From Oligoflexales bacterium (GTDB lineage Bacteria > Bdellovibrionota_B > Oligoflexia > Oligoflexales > JAPPIL01), in assembly GCA_965215515.1 (NCBI GenBank), contig OZ244057.1, positions 32,001 through 96,000 of the forward strand: a stretch of 64,000 nt of DNA, read 5' to 3'. The notes beneath the pieces were generated by a model. The model searched no databases, had not been told where the DNA came from, and saw only the letters and a list, made by a program, of their open reading frames with translations. Positions 49,621 to 61,153 of the stretch are shown here, piece after piece. Numbering within the stretch: the stretch's first letter is position 1; each line of letters opens with the position of its first letter. The translations under genes were made by a program, and so were the position numbers.

Positions 49621-51441
49621 CTATTCTACCGTCACCGACTTGGCTAGGTGGCGGGGCTGATCGATGTCTGTGCCTTTCTCCAACGCAAGATAATAGGCGA
49701 ACAACTGCAACGGTACGGCTCCGACAATCGCTTGCAACAGCGGATGGTCGATGTCAGGGCAAGGGACGATATTGTCGGCGAGCGCACGCAGTTCGTCGTG
49801 CTTGGGATTGCCGAGCACGATAATTTGCCCCTCACGTGCTTTGATTTCGCCCGCATTAGAGACGATGCGGGGGAAGTATTCGTCCCGCGGTGCGACTACC
49901 AGCACAGGCATGTTGTGGTCGATCAAAGCGATGGGGCCGTGCTTGAGTTCACCGCCTGCATAGCCTTCGGCATGAAGGTAGGATATTTCCTTGAGTTTCA
50001 GTGCCGCCTCGAGCGCAAGCGGGAAGCTAGGGCCGCGGCCGATGTAGATAAAATTACGCGCCTCGCAATACTGGCGCGCCAAGCTGGCAATCTGCGCCGC
50101 ACCGTTCAAGACATAATCGATCAACAGCGGTAGTTTACGCAGATTATACACGTCCTTAGTCGGCGGCTGGCCACGCGTGCTGCGCACCGCCAGCACGAAA
50201 AGATACCAGATAAGCACGGTGGCCGTGAAGGCTTTGGTCGAGGCTACCCCGATCTCAGGGCCGCAGTTGAGTTCGATCAAGGCATCACAGGTACGCGCTA
50301 ACGTCGAGTGGGGGCTGTTGCAGATGGCCAACGTCTGACAACCGTGCCTGCGGGCATGTGCAATGCAGGATAGGGTGTCCGCCGTCTCGCCGCTCTGCGA
50401 CAGCGCGACCACCAATGTTTGCGCATCGAGTAGAGCACGACGATAACGCAGTTCGTGCGCAACTTCAGCAACGCTTTCGATACGCAGCTGTTCTTCCGCA
50501 AAAACTGCCGCGAGCATGGCCGCGTGATAAGAAGTGCCGCAACCGACAATCTTGATCCGCTTGACCCGCGGCATGGCAAGGTGCGACAGGGCGAGCATCT
50601 CGGTACGAGGACGCAACGCGACGAAGTCGAACAGACGGTGGATAATGTTGCCCAACACCAGCCCCTGCTCGTGAATTTCTTTCAGCATAAAGTGGCGGTA
50701 ACTGCCCTTGTCGATTTTTTGTCGCGGCACTTGCAGATGCTGCACGGCAGGCAGAGGCTGCGGCGTACCCTCGTAATCATAAACGGCGATCCGTTCCCGT
50801 GCCAACACCACGATCTCGGCATCGGCGGGAAACATAAAAGCATCGCTATGCTCAGCCAACGCGAGCGGATCGGAGGAGAACAGATGCGCATTTTCGCTCG
50901 CCGCAATGGCGAGCGGTAACCCTTTACGACTCAAGTAGATACGGTATGGGTCGCAGGCAAAAAACACCGCCAGTCCGTAGAGACCCTTGAGTTGCCGCAT
51001 GGCATGGCTGAACGCGGATAGCGGCTCAGGTCGTTCCCGCAAGGCATGTGCGACAAGATGCAGCACGACTTCCGTGTCGGTTTCGGAGTGGAAGTCGATG
51101 TCAGCGGCATGGAGAGCAGCGCGCAGCTCAGCGTGGTTTTCGATGATGCCGTTGTGGACGATCGCGACCTCTGCCGTGCAGTGAGGGTGAGCATTAGCGG
51201 TGCTCGGTTTGCCGTGACTCGCCCAACGTGTGTGCCCCATGCCAAGGGTGGCACGAGGAGAAAGGTCATGCGCGTGTGCTACGAGATCAGCAACCTTCCC
51301 CGCGGTTTTAGCCACCTGAATGCTATCGTCGTAGACCATCACACCCGCGGAATCGTAGCCGCGGTATTCGAGCTTGCGCAGGCCCGCAGTGATAACATGC
51401 AAACACGGCTCACTGCCAGCGTAACCAAAAATACCACACAC
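49621..51441 (-). CDS. glmS: Glutamine-fructose-6-phosphate aminotransferase
   Basis: Start GTG-CGIFG at 51441; LEYRGYDSAG, GHTRWA, SQSGETAD and LAKSVTVE motifs. Confidence 0.96.
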   Translation of the reverse strand: MCGIFGYAGSEPCLHVITAGLRKLEYRGYDSAGVMVYDDSIQVAKTAGKVADLVAHAHDLSPRATLGMGHTRWASHGKPSTANAHPHCTAEVAIVHNGIIENHAELRAALHAADIDFHSETDTEVVLHLVAHALRERPEPLSAFSHAMRQLKGLYGLAVFFACDPYRIYLSRKGLPLAIAASENAHLFSSDPLALAEHSDAFMFPADAEIVVLARERIAVYDYEGTPQPLPAVQHLQVPRQKIDKGSYRHFMLKEIHEQGLVLGNIIHRLFDFVALRPRTEMLALSHLAMPRVKRIKIVGCGTSYHAAMLAAVFAEEQLRIESVAEVAHELRYRRALLDAQTLVVALSQSGETADTLSCIAHARRHGCQTLAICNSPHSTLARTCDALIELNCGPEIGVASTKAFTATVLIWYLFVLAVRSTRGQPPTKDVYNLRKLPLLIDYVLNGAAQIASLARQYCEARNFIYIGRGPSFPLALEAALKLKEISYLHAEGYAGGELKHGPIALIDHNMPVLVVAPRDEYFPRIVSNAGEIKAREGQIIVLGNPKHDELRALADNIVPCPDIDHPLLQAIVGAVPLQLFAYYLALEKGTDIDQPRHLAKSVTVE

Positions 51442-51547
51442 CGTCACCGTCTCCCGCCGCTTGAGAACTTCCCCCTCGACGAGAGATTGTGGCAGAGGCG
51501 AGCGTAATTTGCTACCATAAATGTAGGACTTACAGATGGAATAAACC

Positions 51548-52177
51548 GTGCCTCTGGTCTTGACCGCAGACGATTCCGCCGCCATTCAGCGCGTCGTGCA
51601 GGTGTCGCTGTACCCCTATGCCATCGATGTCATCAGTGCCGATAACCTAACCGCGGCACTGGACAAAACCGCTGCGCAGCAGGTCGATCTGATCATCGCC
51701 GATGCGGAACTGCGTGGTACGACTGCCTTGCCCGATCTGCAGCGCCTGACTACCGACGGCAAGATACCGCTCATTCTTTTGCTGAGTTCTTACAGCAGAG
51801 TTGACAAAGCCACCTTGACTGAATTGGGTTTTCAACAAATTCTGCCCAAGCCTTTCGATAGCCGCGAGCTGTTGCAGTTGGTGGCTTTCAATTTACAGAT
51901 GGATCTCGACGAGGGGTGTAATGCAGATTGGCAACCGTTCCCTGTGCGCGCGGCGAAGGAGAATGCTCCCCCGACTACACCGTCACCACCTGTGTTACCA
52001 GGAGTGGCTGAGGATGCGGCGCACGGTGATGGTGTCGATCATAACTTCGCCACGTTGGTCAAGAAAGCGGTGTTCGAGTACTGTCAGAACAACTTTCCTC
52101 GTATTGCCAGAGAGATGGTGCTCGCCGAGATTCGCCGTCTGCAAAAGGAAAAGTCCGACCCCATGAGCAGCAATTGA
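51548..52177 (+). CDS. Response regulator with receiver, Pro-rich linker and C-terminal helix (RomR-like)
   Basis: LTADDSAAIQRVV..LIIAD..KPF receiver; PPTTPSPP linker; FPRIAREMVLAEIRRL tail. Confidence 0.65.
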   Translation: MPLVLTADDSAAIQRVVQVSLYPYAIDVISADNLTAALDKTAAQQVDLIIADAELRGTTALPDLQRLTTDGKIPLILLLSSYSRVDKATLTELGFQQILPKPFDSRELLQLVAFNLQMDLDEGCNADWQPFPVRAAKENAPPTTPSPPVLPGVAEDAAHGDGVDHNFATLVKKAVFEYCQNNFPRIAREMVLAEIRRLQKEKSDPMSSN

Positions 52178-52184
52178 GCTGATC

Positions 52185-52652
52185 GTGTCACGACACGGGA
52201 CGAGTTTGATGGGGGTGATGGTGGCGGTAGCACTGTCTGGTATCATCGCGGTCGCGGTGAGCAACATGTTGACCAATCAGGCGAAGATCATAAAACAACT
52301 GGAAGTACGAGCACAGCGCGCCCAATTGATCAGGCACTATCGCGATGCGGTCAATGCGGGTTTGCTCAATACCCTTATCGGACGCTGTGGAAAGGGTAAT
52401 TTTTGTGGTGCAGATGGCAGTCTGCTGATTCCTCACACAGGTCTGTACTTGAGCGACGATGTCTACGACTACGGTAACATCGATCGCGAGGGCAAGTGGT
52501 GGAAGGTTACCGCACACCGTGCTCCCTCCAGCAAATATGCAGGACAGCCCGCTATCGAATTGACAGTCGCATTTCTGAATAACCAGCACCCCGTGGTCAA
52601 TATGGCTCTCGAAACCGTAACCGAGGTAATCCTCATTCCCTCCACTCCCTAG
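52185..52652 (+). CDS. Short type IV pilin-like protein, paralogue of the N-domain of 42230..43846
   Basis: MSRHG|TSLMGVMVAVALSGIIAV; LSDDVYDYG..GKWWKVTA..QHP motifs shared with the large pilin. Confidence 0.75.
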   Translation: MSRHGTSLMGVMVAVALSGIIAVAVSNMLTNQAKIIKQLEVRAQRAQLIRHYRDAVNAGLLNTLIGRCGKGNFCGADGSLLIPHTGLYLSDDVYDYGNIDREGKWWKVTAHRAPSSKYAGQPAIELTVAFLNNQHPVVNMALETVTEVILIPSTP

Positions 52653-52712
52653 CCTTCGGTAAATTCAACGGTCTGTGTTTACCCACGCATCGCCGCGCTT
52701 GACGTAGAGAGT

Positions 52713-53591
52713 TTGACTATCGGGGATGGCATACTGTTAAAGCGAGCTGGCGGTGAGATACGCACCGACCTTACCGCAGCGATGCGTCTTAAGAACACCG
52801 ACATGGAGATCATGATAACCCTCATTCTGGAGCACAAGAGTTATCGTGATCCTGAAGTAATCCTGCAGACGATGGAGTATTATCTGAGCGCTCGTCGTGA
52901 GCAGCGAAAGCGCAGATCAGGGAAAAAGGGGGCGGCTCGCAACTTGATTATCCCTGTGGTTTTAATCTGCTGCAAGGATAAGGACTTCGAGCCACCTAAA
53001 GATGATCTATCGCTTGAGTTTGGTGATGAAGAAGTCCCGCCTGTCTTGGAGGAGTTTAGGGCTTTGTTTCAGAGAATGCCTTGCCTGACGGTGAATTTGC
53101 GCAAGTTACAGCTCGATAATTTTTGGGATGAGGTGGGGGGGCGAGGAAGCGGCGAGAGTTGTCGCGCCGCGGTAACAGCAGTGCAGGGTATGGCAGAGGT
53201 GTGGGATGCGAACGATGACACGGTAGCTGCGTTGCTGACCAAAGGTCGCTTGCTTTCCCCTGAGGATGGGGCTTTTATCCTAGAAAACCTAAGCGTATAC
53301 TACGTAAGTGCCGACAATGCGGTAGGAGAGGGTGATTTCGATCGTGTTGATCGGGAAAGGTGGCCAGACTTGGCACAGGAAGAGAGGTTAGAAGCTATGC
53401 TAGAGACACAGAGCGATAGGGCTAAACAGCTCGGCATCGAGCAGGGCAAGCAGCTTGGCATCGAGCAGGGCAAGCTGGATACCGCAAGACATCTCTTGCT
53501 GGAGGGTGTCGATGAGCGGATAATCTGCAAGGCCGCGCAGCTCTCAAAGCAAGAACTGGCTAAGATTAAGCGCGATCTCAATCGGAACTAA
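52713..53591 (+). CDS. Rpn/YhgA-like (Transposase_31) nuclease, apparently 5'-truncated
   Basis: EIRTDL..LILEHKS..QTMEY..IIPVV core; C-terminal GIEQGKQLGIEQGK repeats. Confidence 0.75.
   Translation: MTIGDGILLKRAGGEIRTDLTAAMRLKNTDMEIMITLILEHKSYRDPEVILQTMEYYLSARREQRKRRSGKKGAARNLIIPVVLICCKDKDFEPPKDDLSLEFGDEEVPPVLEEFRALFQRMPCLTVNLRKLQLDNFWDEVGGRGSGESCRAAVTAVQGMAEVWDANDDTVAALLTKGRLLSPEDGAFILENLSVYYVSADNAVGEGDFDRVDRERWPDLAQEERLEAMLETQSDRAKQLGIEQGKQLGIEQGKLDTARHLLLEGVDERIICKAAQLSKQELAKIKRDLNRN
53424..53474 (+). repeat. 24-bp tandem repeat (2 copies) encoding KQLGIEQG
   Basis: aaacagctcggcatcgagcagggc / aagcagcttggcatcgagcagggc. Confidence 0.85.
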
Positions 53592-53634
53592 TGTGTCAGT
53601 GTCGCACGATAGACAGGGTGCGAGCGGTGTCGGC

Positions 53635-53654
53635 TGTAGATGCCCCCCGCAAAA
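53635..53654 (+). repeat. Degenerate solo IS terminal repeat
   Basis: TGTAGATGCCCCCCGCAAAA versus TGTAGATGCCCCCGTAAAAA at 2690. Confidence 0.65.
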
Positions 53655-53852
53655 TCAGGCCTTCTGCTGCCCAAAAAATTAAATTAAGCGCCCTACCCAC
53701 GATGAGCGGCAAGATAATTACCTGTCCTGCAAAAGCACTTGAACGAACGCTTATCTTGTGCTAGCTAGCCCTATCACGACGAGGGAGAGCATGGCGGATT
53801 TCAGTCTCGTGCCCGCACCGCAGGTCTTCTCAGGACAAGCGGGGGTGTTGCG

Positions 53853-54374
53853 ATGAACATCGCGGCACGCTATGCCCGTGCCCTGTTCTCCCTCGACGGC
53901 GATGCTGTGCAGCGACAGGGACAGCTCGCCACCCTCAGCGCCGCATGCACCACCCCGCAAGCACTCGCCTTCTGGCAACACCCAGGGATCGCATGGCAAG
54001 CACGCCAAGACCTCGTGGCGGCGATCGCAGCCTCTAGCGAGGCTGACACCCAGCAGTTGCGCAATTTTTTGCTGCTGCTGGTCGAGCAGCGACGCGTGCA
54101 CCTGTTGCCCGCCATAACCGCTCTGCACGCCGAGCTGGTCAAAAAGCAGGCAGGTATCGTCGATGTTGTCGTTACCTCCTCGCACCCGTTGCAGACAGGA
54201 CAACAAGAGGGAATTGAAAAAACAGTTGCCACCTACTTACAGAAAAAAATAAACATATCCTTCCGCGTCGACACTGACATCTTGGGCGGTATCGTGCTGA
54301 GGTGGGAACACCGCGTGTGGGATTTCAGTCTCCGCACGCAACTACGAGCAATGGTCAAACACGCAGTAGGGTAG
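53853..54374 (+). CDS. atpH: ATP synthase F1 delta
   Basis: IAARYARALF..LRNFLLLL..VDTDILGG. Confidence 0.92.
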   Translation: MNIAARYARALFSLDGDAVQRQGQLATLSAACTTPQALAFWQHPGIAWQARQDLVAAIAASSEADTQQLRNFLLLLVEQRRVHLLPAITALHAELVKKQAGIVDVVVTSSHPLQTGQQEGIEKTVATYLQKKINISFRVDTDILGGIVLRWEHRVWDFSLRTQLRAMVKHAVG

Positions 54375-54377
54375 AGC

Positions 54378-55886
54378 ATGGAAAAAATCAAGGCTAGTGA
54401 AGTTAGCCAGATTATCAGCGAGCGCATCAAGTCCTATGCATATCAGGAAAGCCTCATCGAAACAGGCACGGTGCTGTCGGTAGGCGACGGCATCGCCCGT
54501 GTCTACGGATTGCAAGAAGTGATGGCGGGCGAGCTGGTGGAATTCGCTGGTGGTGAGCACGGCGTGGTCTTGAATCTCGAAGAAGACAACGTCGGTATCG
54601 CCGTCTTCAGTGACTGCCAAGCAATTCGAGAAGGCGATCAGGTCAAACGCTTGCAGCTGATCAACTCCATTCCTTGCGGCACAGCGGTTGTCGGCCGCGT
54701 GCTCGATGCCCTGGGAAACCCTCTCGATGGCAAAGGAGAAATCGCCGCAGCCGAACAGGGGCAGGTGGAAGTCAAAGCACCAGGCATCATCGCTCGCCAA
54801 AAAGTGTGCGAACCACTACAGACAGGACTGAAGATCATCGATGCCCTCACCCCCATCGGGCGCGGGCAGCGGGAGTTGATCATCGGTGATCGGCAGACAG
54901 GTAAGACAGCTATCGCTATCGATACCATCATCAACCAAAAAAAAGAGGACGTAATCTGCATCTACGTCGCGATCGGACAGAAAGCCTCGACCGTCGCCAA
55001 GATCGTGGACACACTGCAAAAACACGGAGCGATGGATTATACCGTCATCCTTGCCGCTACCGCCATCGATCCCGCCCCGATGCAGTTTCTCGCCCCCTAC
55101 TCGGGCTGCCGTATCGGCGAATACTTTCGTGATCGCGGTAAACACGTCGCCATTTTTTACGACGACCTGACCAAACAGGCAGTCGCCTACCGTGAACTTT
55201 CGCTCCTATTACGCCGTCCACCAGGGCGGGAAGCTTACCCTGGCGATGTTTTTTATCTGCACAGCCGTCTGCTCGAACGAGCTTGCAAACTCAACGACGA
55301 ACTCGGTGGCGGCTCGCTAACCGCCTTCCCCATCATCGAAACACAGGCGGGCGACATTTCTGCCTACATTCCCACCAACGTTATTTCCATTACCGACGGG
55401 CAGATCTTTCTCGAAGCTGATCTGTTTTTCAGCGGCGTGCGTCCCGCCATGAACGCAGGTTTGTCGGTGTCACGGGTCGGTGGTGATGCCCAAGTACCGT
55501 GCGTGCAGAAACTCGCAGGCACGTTGCGCTTGGAACTGGCACAGTACCGAGAGTTGGCTGCCTTCGCACAGTTCGGCTCGGATCTGGATGAAGCAACGCA
55601 GAAAACTTTACGACGCGGCGAGCGGCTGGTGGAAATTCTCAAACAACCGCAGTTTGAACCGCTGGATGTCGGTGTCCAAGCAGTGCTGCTGTTCGCTGCG
55701 ACCACAGGTGTACTCGACGCTTACGAGATCAAAGACCTCAACAAGTGGATGCACGCCCTGTGCGCTTTTTTGCAGGATAACTGCACGGCACTGCTCGACA
55801 AAATCAGAGCACGGGCGAAACTAGATGCCGTGCAGGAGGAAATACAGAGCGCATTGGATAAATTCGCCCAAGGATACGCACACTGA
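54378..55886 (+). CDS. atpA: ATP synthase F1 alpha
   Basis: [31 protein letters not shown]. Confidence 0.98.
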   Translation: MEKIKASEVSQIISERIKSYAYQESLIETGTVLSVGDGIARVYGLQEVMAGELVEFAGGEHGVVLNLEEDNVGIAVFSDCQAIREGDQVKRLQLINSIPCGTAVVGRVLDALGNPLDGKGEIAAAEQGQVEVKAPGIIARQKVCEPLQTGLKIIDALTPIGRGQRELIIGDRQTGKTAIAIDTIINQKKEDVICIYVAIGQKASTVAKIVDTLQKHGAMDYTVILAATAIDPAPMQFLAPYSGCRIGEYFRDRGKHVAIFYDDLTKQAVAYRELSLLLRRPPGREAYPGDVFYLHSRLLERACKLNDELGGGSLTAFPIIETQAGDISAYIPTNVISITDGQIFLEADLFFSGVRPAMNAGLSVSRVGGDAQVPCVQKLAGTLRLELAQYRELAAFAQFGSDLDEATQKTLRRGERLVEILKQPQFEPLDVGVQAVLLFAATTGVLDAYEIKDLNKWMHALCAFLQDNCTALLDKIRARAKLDAVQEEIQSALDKFAQGYAH

Positions 55887-56768
55887 ATGCAAACACTGAA
55901 AGAAATTAAAAAACGTGTCACCAGCGTTAAGAATACCCAGAAAATCACCAACGCCATGAAGCTCGTGTCCTCGGCGAAATTCAACAAGGCGAACAAAGCC
56001 GTGCGCGGCGCACGTCCCTACAGCAGTGCCCTCAGCAAGTTAATGACCCAGCTGGTCGGCGGCGATGTCGAACACCCCCTGCTGACAGCACCCGACACGA
56101 CCACCCAAGTGTTGGTGGTCATCTTCAGCACCGACCGTGGTCTCTGCGGAGCCCTAAACGCCAACCTGCTCAAACACACCCACCGTGAGCTTCAGCATAG
56201 TTTTGGAGCACAGTATGCCGCACGCACTGATTTTATCGCGTTGGGGAAGAAGGCCGAGCAGTTTTGTCGTAAACACAAACTCAACCTCGTGCAAGTCACC
56301 CACCGCGTCGAGCACCTCGACCAAGCCACCTGGCCACTCGCTTTTGCCAGGCAGCTGAGCACACACTTGCGACAAAAAAAATACACGGGGATCTATCTTG
56401 CCTACCAGCTGTTCATCTCTGCGCTGCAACAGCGTCCGTTGTTTAAGCGCATTTTGCCTATCGGTGCACAGGATAACGAGGAAGAAACGGCAGACATGGA
56501 ACAGGGAGACACCGAGCTGTTCCTGATTGAACCTCAGCGTGCCGCGGTGATCGAGCAGCTGTTGTTGCGTTACGCCGCTAATCAGATTTTTCGCGCTATT
56601 TTAAACGGCATTGCCTCGGAACATCGGGCCCGCATGAACGCGATGGATAGTGCCACCAACAACGCTAAAAAGGTAGTGAAGGAGTTGACCTTGCAGTATA
56701 ACCGCGGACGACAGGCGGCAATTACCAAGGAATTGATTGAAATAACTGCGGGCGTGCAAGCGCTTTAG
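55887..56768 (+). CDS. atpG: ATP synthase F1 gamma
   Basis: KITNAMKLV, DRGLCG and RQAAITKELIEI motifs. Confidence 0.97.
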   Translation: MQTLKEIKKRVTSVKNTQKITNAMKLVSSAKFNKANKAVRGARPYSSALSKLMTQLVGGDVEHPLLTAPDTTTQVLVVIFSTDRGLCGALNANLLKHTHRELQHSFGAQYAARTDFIALGKKAEQFCRKHKLNLVQVTHRVEHLDQATWPLAFARQLSTHLRQKKYTGIYLAYQLFISALQQRPLFKRILPIGAQDNEEETADMEQGDTELFLIEPQRAAVIEQLLLRYAANQIFRAILNGIASEHRARMNAMDSATNNAKKVVKELTLQYNRGRQAAITKELIEITAGVQAL

Positions 56769-58175
<1,407 letters not shown>

Positions 58176-58189
58176 AGGAGGACAACCGC

Positions 58190-58606
58190 ATGCCCGACGA
58201 TCTGCTGGCAGTGAAAATCATGACGCAGCGCGTCGAGCTGGCGGTGTTGGCCGCGGCAGAGGTTAACTTGCCTGCGAGCGATGGTTATCTCGGCATTCTG
58301 GTAGGGCATGCCCCGCTGATCGCCACCATCGGGGTGGGTATTGTCAGTTTACGTTTGCCCCGCGACACGCCACCACGATGTTATTTTGTCGCCGACGGGA
58401 TGTTTAGTGTAGCCGCTGACTGTGTGCGAGTTCTTGCCGACGTTGCCGAAAGCAAAGCACAGATCGACCTCGCCCGTGCGCAGGCCAGCAAGGTACGTGC
58501 CGAGCAACGTCTCCAAGCGGCACTGCATAACGATATAGACATCGTGCGCGCTTCCGCCTCGCTGCAACGTGCCTTGGGCAGAATAAATTTTGTCCACGGT
58601 GGTTGA
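58190..58606 (+). CDS. atpC: ATP synthase F1 epsilon
   Basis: GYLGILVGHAPL, IDLARA; follows atpD. Confidence 0.93.
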   Translation: MPDDLLAVKIMTQRVELAVLAAAEVNLPASDGYLGILVGHAPLIATIGVGIVSLRLPRDTPPRCYFVADGMFSVAADCVRVLADVAESKAQIDLARAQASKVRAEQRLQAALHNDIDIVRASASLQRALGRINFVHGG

Positions 58607-59424
58607 GGCTGGTTGTGTCTTCTTACCTCCCTGTGCGAGCGACGGCTTCGCCTTTTTTGATTATGGGTGTGGTCAATGTCACGCCCGATTCGTTCTCCGA
58701 CGGCGGGTTGTATCTCGATCCTGAGCGGGCCTGCACACAGGCACAGACACTCCACGCCCAAGGGGCGGATATTATCGACATCGGAGCGGAATCGACTCGC
58801 CCCCAAGCCACCCCCGTGCCCGTCGCTGAGGAATGGCGCAGATTGCAACCTGTTCTAGAAGCGCTGCGCACAGTACCCATACCCCTCAGCGTCGATACCC
58901 GCCACACAGAGATAGCCGCGCGTCTGTTCGCCTATCCCATCGCAATGCTCAACGACTGCGGAGCACAGCTGCCTACCACCCTGCTCAGCCGCTGGGCGGC
59001 GGCGGGGCGCGGCTACCTAGCCATGCACATGCACGGTGAACCACGCACCATGCAACAACACCCTCTCTCTGCCGAGCAGATCATGCCATGTTTGCAGAAT
59101 TTCTTTTCCACCCGTATCAAACTGTTGCGTGCCTGCGGTTTTGCCGAAGAGAAAATATGGCTCGACCCTGGTATCGGTTTTGGCAAAAGCGACGCGGCTA
59201 TCATGCGTATTTTTGCCGAGCTGAAGAAACTGAGCGACATTGCCCCCACCGCGATCGGAGTGTCGCGCAAGTCATGGCTGGGACGCAACTTGCAGATCAC
59301 CCGTCCCCAAGCACGCGGCGAGGTAAGTGCAGTGTTGGAAACAGCACTGGTATGGCAAGGGGCAAAACTGATTAGAACGCACGCCGTGCAAACACTGAGC
59401 GGTTTGCGGGAGTTGATGCGCTGA
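58603..59424 (+). CDS. folP: Dihydropteroate synthase
   Basis: MGVVNVTPDSFSDGG, DIGAESTRP, LDPGIGFGK and GVSRK motifs. Confidence 0.95.
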   Translation: MRLVVSSYLPVRATASPFLIMGVVNVTPDSFSDGGLYLDPERACTQAQTLHAQGADIIDIGAESTRPQATPVPVAEEWRRLQPVLEALRTVPIPLSVDTRHTEIAARLFAYPIAMLNDCGAQLPTTLLSRWAAAGRGYLAMHMHGEPRTMQQHPLSAEQIMPCLQNFFSTRIKLLRACGFAEEKIWLDPGIGFGKSDAAIMRIFAELKKLSDIAPTAIGVSRKSWLGRNLQITRPQARGEVSAVLETALVWQGAKLIRTHAVQTLSGLRELMR

Positions 59425-60206
59425 TGTGGGAAATTTTCGACCAGTTCGGAATATGGTCGCTAATCGATGTGCTGCTCATCGCCTTTGTCATCTACCAGAT
59501 GTTCATTCTGCTGAAAGGCACTCACGCTGCTCAAATGCTGACAGGTATCTCCGTCGTCATTTCCGCCGCAGCTCTCTCCGCCTTCGCCCCTCTGACCGCT
59601 CTGAATTGGCTGATCAGTAAATTTTACCCCAGCTTCATCATCATCGTTGTCATCCTGTTTCAGGACGAGTTCCGCCGTATGCTGCGCAAACTCGGTAAAC
59701 GCTCGTTCATGCTCGGTGTCGTCAAACCCTTCGCCAAACAAGAACTGATGCAGGTCTCCGAAGCAGTTTCCATCCTCGCGCAACGCCATATCGGCGCGCT
59801 GATCGTTATCGAACGAGACATCGTGCTCAACCAATACCTAGAGGTCGGAGTGACCATCGACGCACGCATCAACAAAGACCTGATCATCGCCATCTTTCAG
59901 CAGGACTCCCCTATGCACGACGGTGCGATCACCATCCAAGGCGAACGCGTCACCGCCGCAGGGTGTTTCTTGCCACTTACCCGTCAAACCGATCTCAGCC
60001 CTGAACTAGGTACACGCCACCGCGCCGCACTTGGTATCAGTCAGGAAACCGATGCCGCGGTCATCGTCGTTTCGGAAGAACAGGGGAGAATCTCGTGGGT
60101 GGAAGACGGTCAGGTAACCCACAACATCAACCTCGTCGCCCTCGAATACCGCCTGGAAGAAGTGTTTAGCGAGCAACAACGGCGACAACGACAGGTGCAG
60201 GCATGA
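59424..60206 (+). CDS. cdaA: Diadenylate cyclase CdaA
   Basis: 3 N-terminal TMs; HDGA and GTRHRAA motifs. Confidence 0.93.
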   Translation: MWEIFDQFGIWSLIDVLLIAFVIYQMFILLKGTHAAQMLTGISVVISAAALSAFAPLTALNWLISKFYPSFIIIVVILFQDEFRRMLRKLGKRSFMLGVVKPFAKQELMQVSEAVSILAQRHIGALIVIERDIVLNQYLEVGVTIDARINKDLIIAIFQQDSPMHDGAITIQGERVTAAGCFLPLTRQTDLSPELGTRHRAALGISQETDAAVIVVSEEQGRISWVEDGQVTHNINLVALEYRLEEVFSEQQRRQRQVQA

Positions 60207-61153
60207 CACGTGGCAAAACTAGAAGATTTTTGGCGTTCCTATGGCAACTGGTGAGCGTAAACTTTTTCTCCAAAGTGTTCGCTCTGCTCCTAGCAGCCCT
60301 ATCCTGGTATCTCATTCAAGGACGCGAGATCATCGAGATCAACCGTCAACTCAACGTCACCATCCACGTGCCCGAAGGTTACGGCGTGAAAGGTGCCGCG
60401 ACGTTCAGCAAAGATGCGACAATCAGAGGCTCACGTGTCCACCTTGCCCGTTTCGATAACGACCCTCTCGAAGCCGCAGTGCGGATCATGCGCCACAACA
60501 GCGGCAGCTATCGAGTGCGCCTGAATAAAGAGCATGTGCGTAACTGGAACGAACAGGTTAACCTAACCGTGCACGAACCCTATATTCGGGTTGAAATCGA
60601 CAAGCTAAGGCAGCGCAAGTTACCCGTCGAAGTGCTGTTGCAGGGTATACCCGCCGACAACTATATCGTCGAAAAAAGCAGCGTTAAACCAGCTGTAGTT
60701 ACCGTGTCGGGCCTGCACGCAGCAATCGCTAACCTGCAAAAAATTTCAACTTTGCCCGTCGATATAAATGGGTTACAAAAAAACAAGAGCTTCGTCGTCG
60801 GTTTGGCGGGGGCGGAAGCGGGTATCGTGCACAGCGTGCAGGAAGTGACCGTCACCCTGCAAGTGGGCGAGAAGAAAATCAACAAAACCTTTAAAGGGAT
60901 CGCGGTAGAAGTAATCGATGGGTTCTACTTTACTGAAATCAAACCAGCACGGGTTGCCATTACTGTACAGGGGGTGCCAGCTGTGTTGAGTTTTATCGAT
61001 AGCGGTGCGTTCCAAGCTTTCGTAGATGTCGGTGATCTCAGCCCTGGCAGACACGAACGCAAGATCAAAGCAAAAATTCCCGAAGAGACGGTGTTGATCG
61101 ACATTACTCCTGCCAATGCTTTCGTGGAAATTAGCGACCGAGTTGCCCCATGA
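60203..61153 (+). CDS. cdaR: CdaR/YbbR-domain protein
   Basis: N-terminal TM and repeated PxxVxVxG YbbR modules; between cdaA and glmM. Confidence 0.85.
   Translation: MTRGKTRRFLAFLWQLVSVNFFSKVFALLLAALSWYLIQGREIIEINRQLNVTIHVPEGYGVKGAATFSKDATIRGSRVHLARFDNDPLEAAVRIMRHNSGSYRVRLNKEHVRNWNEQVNLTVHEPYIRVEIDKLRQRKLPVEVLLQGIPADNYIVEKSSVKPAVVTVSGLHAAIANLQKISTLPVDINGLQKNKSFVVGLAGAEAGIVHSVQEVTVTLQVGEKKINKTFKGIAVEVIDGFYFTEIKPARVAITVQGVPAVLSFIDSGAFQAFVDVGDLSPGRHERKIKAKIPEETVLIDITPANAFVEISDRVAP

Noticed and set aside
51442..51585. N-terminal extension of glmS
   Set aside because: GlmS needs an N-terminal Cys, so the true start is GTG 51441; the extension overlaps the divergent gene.
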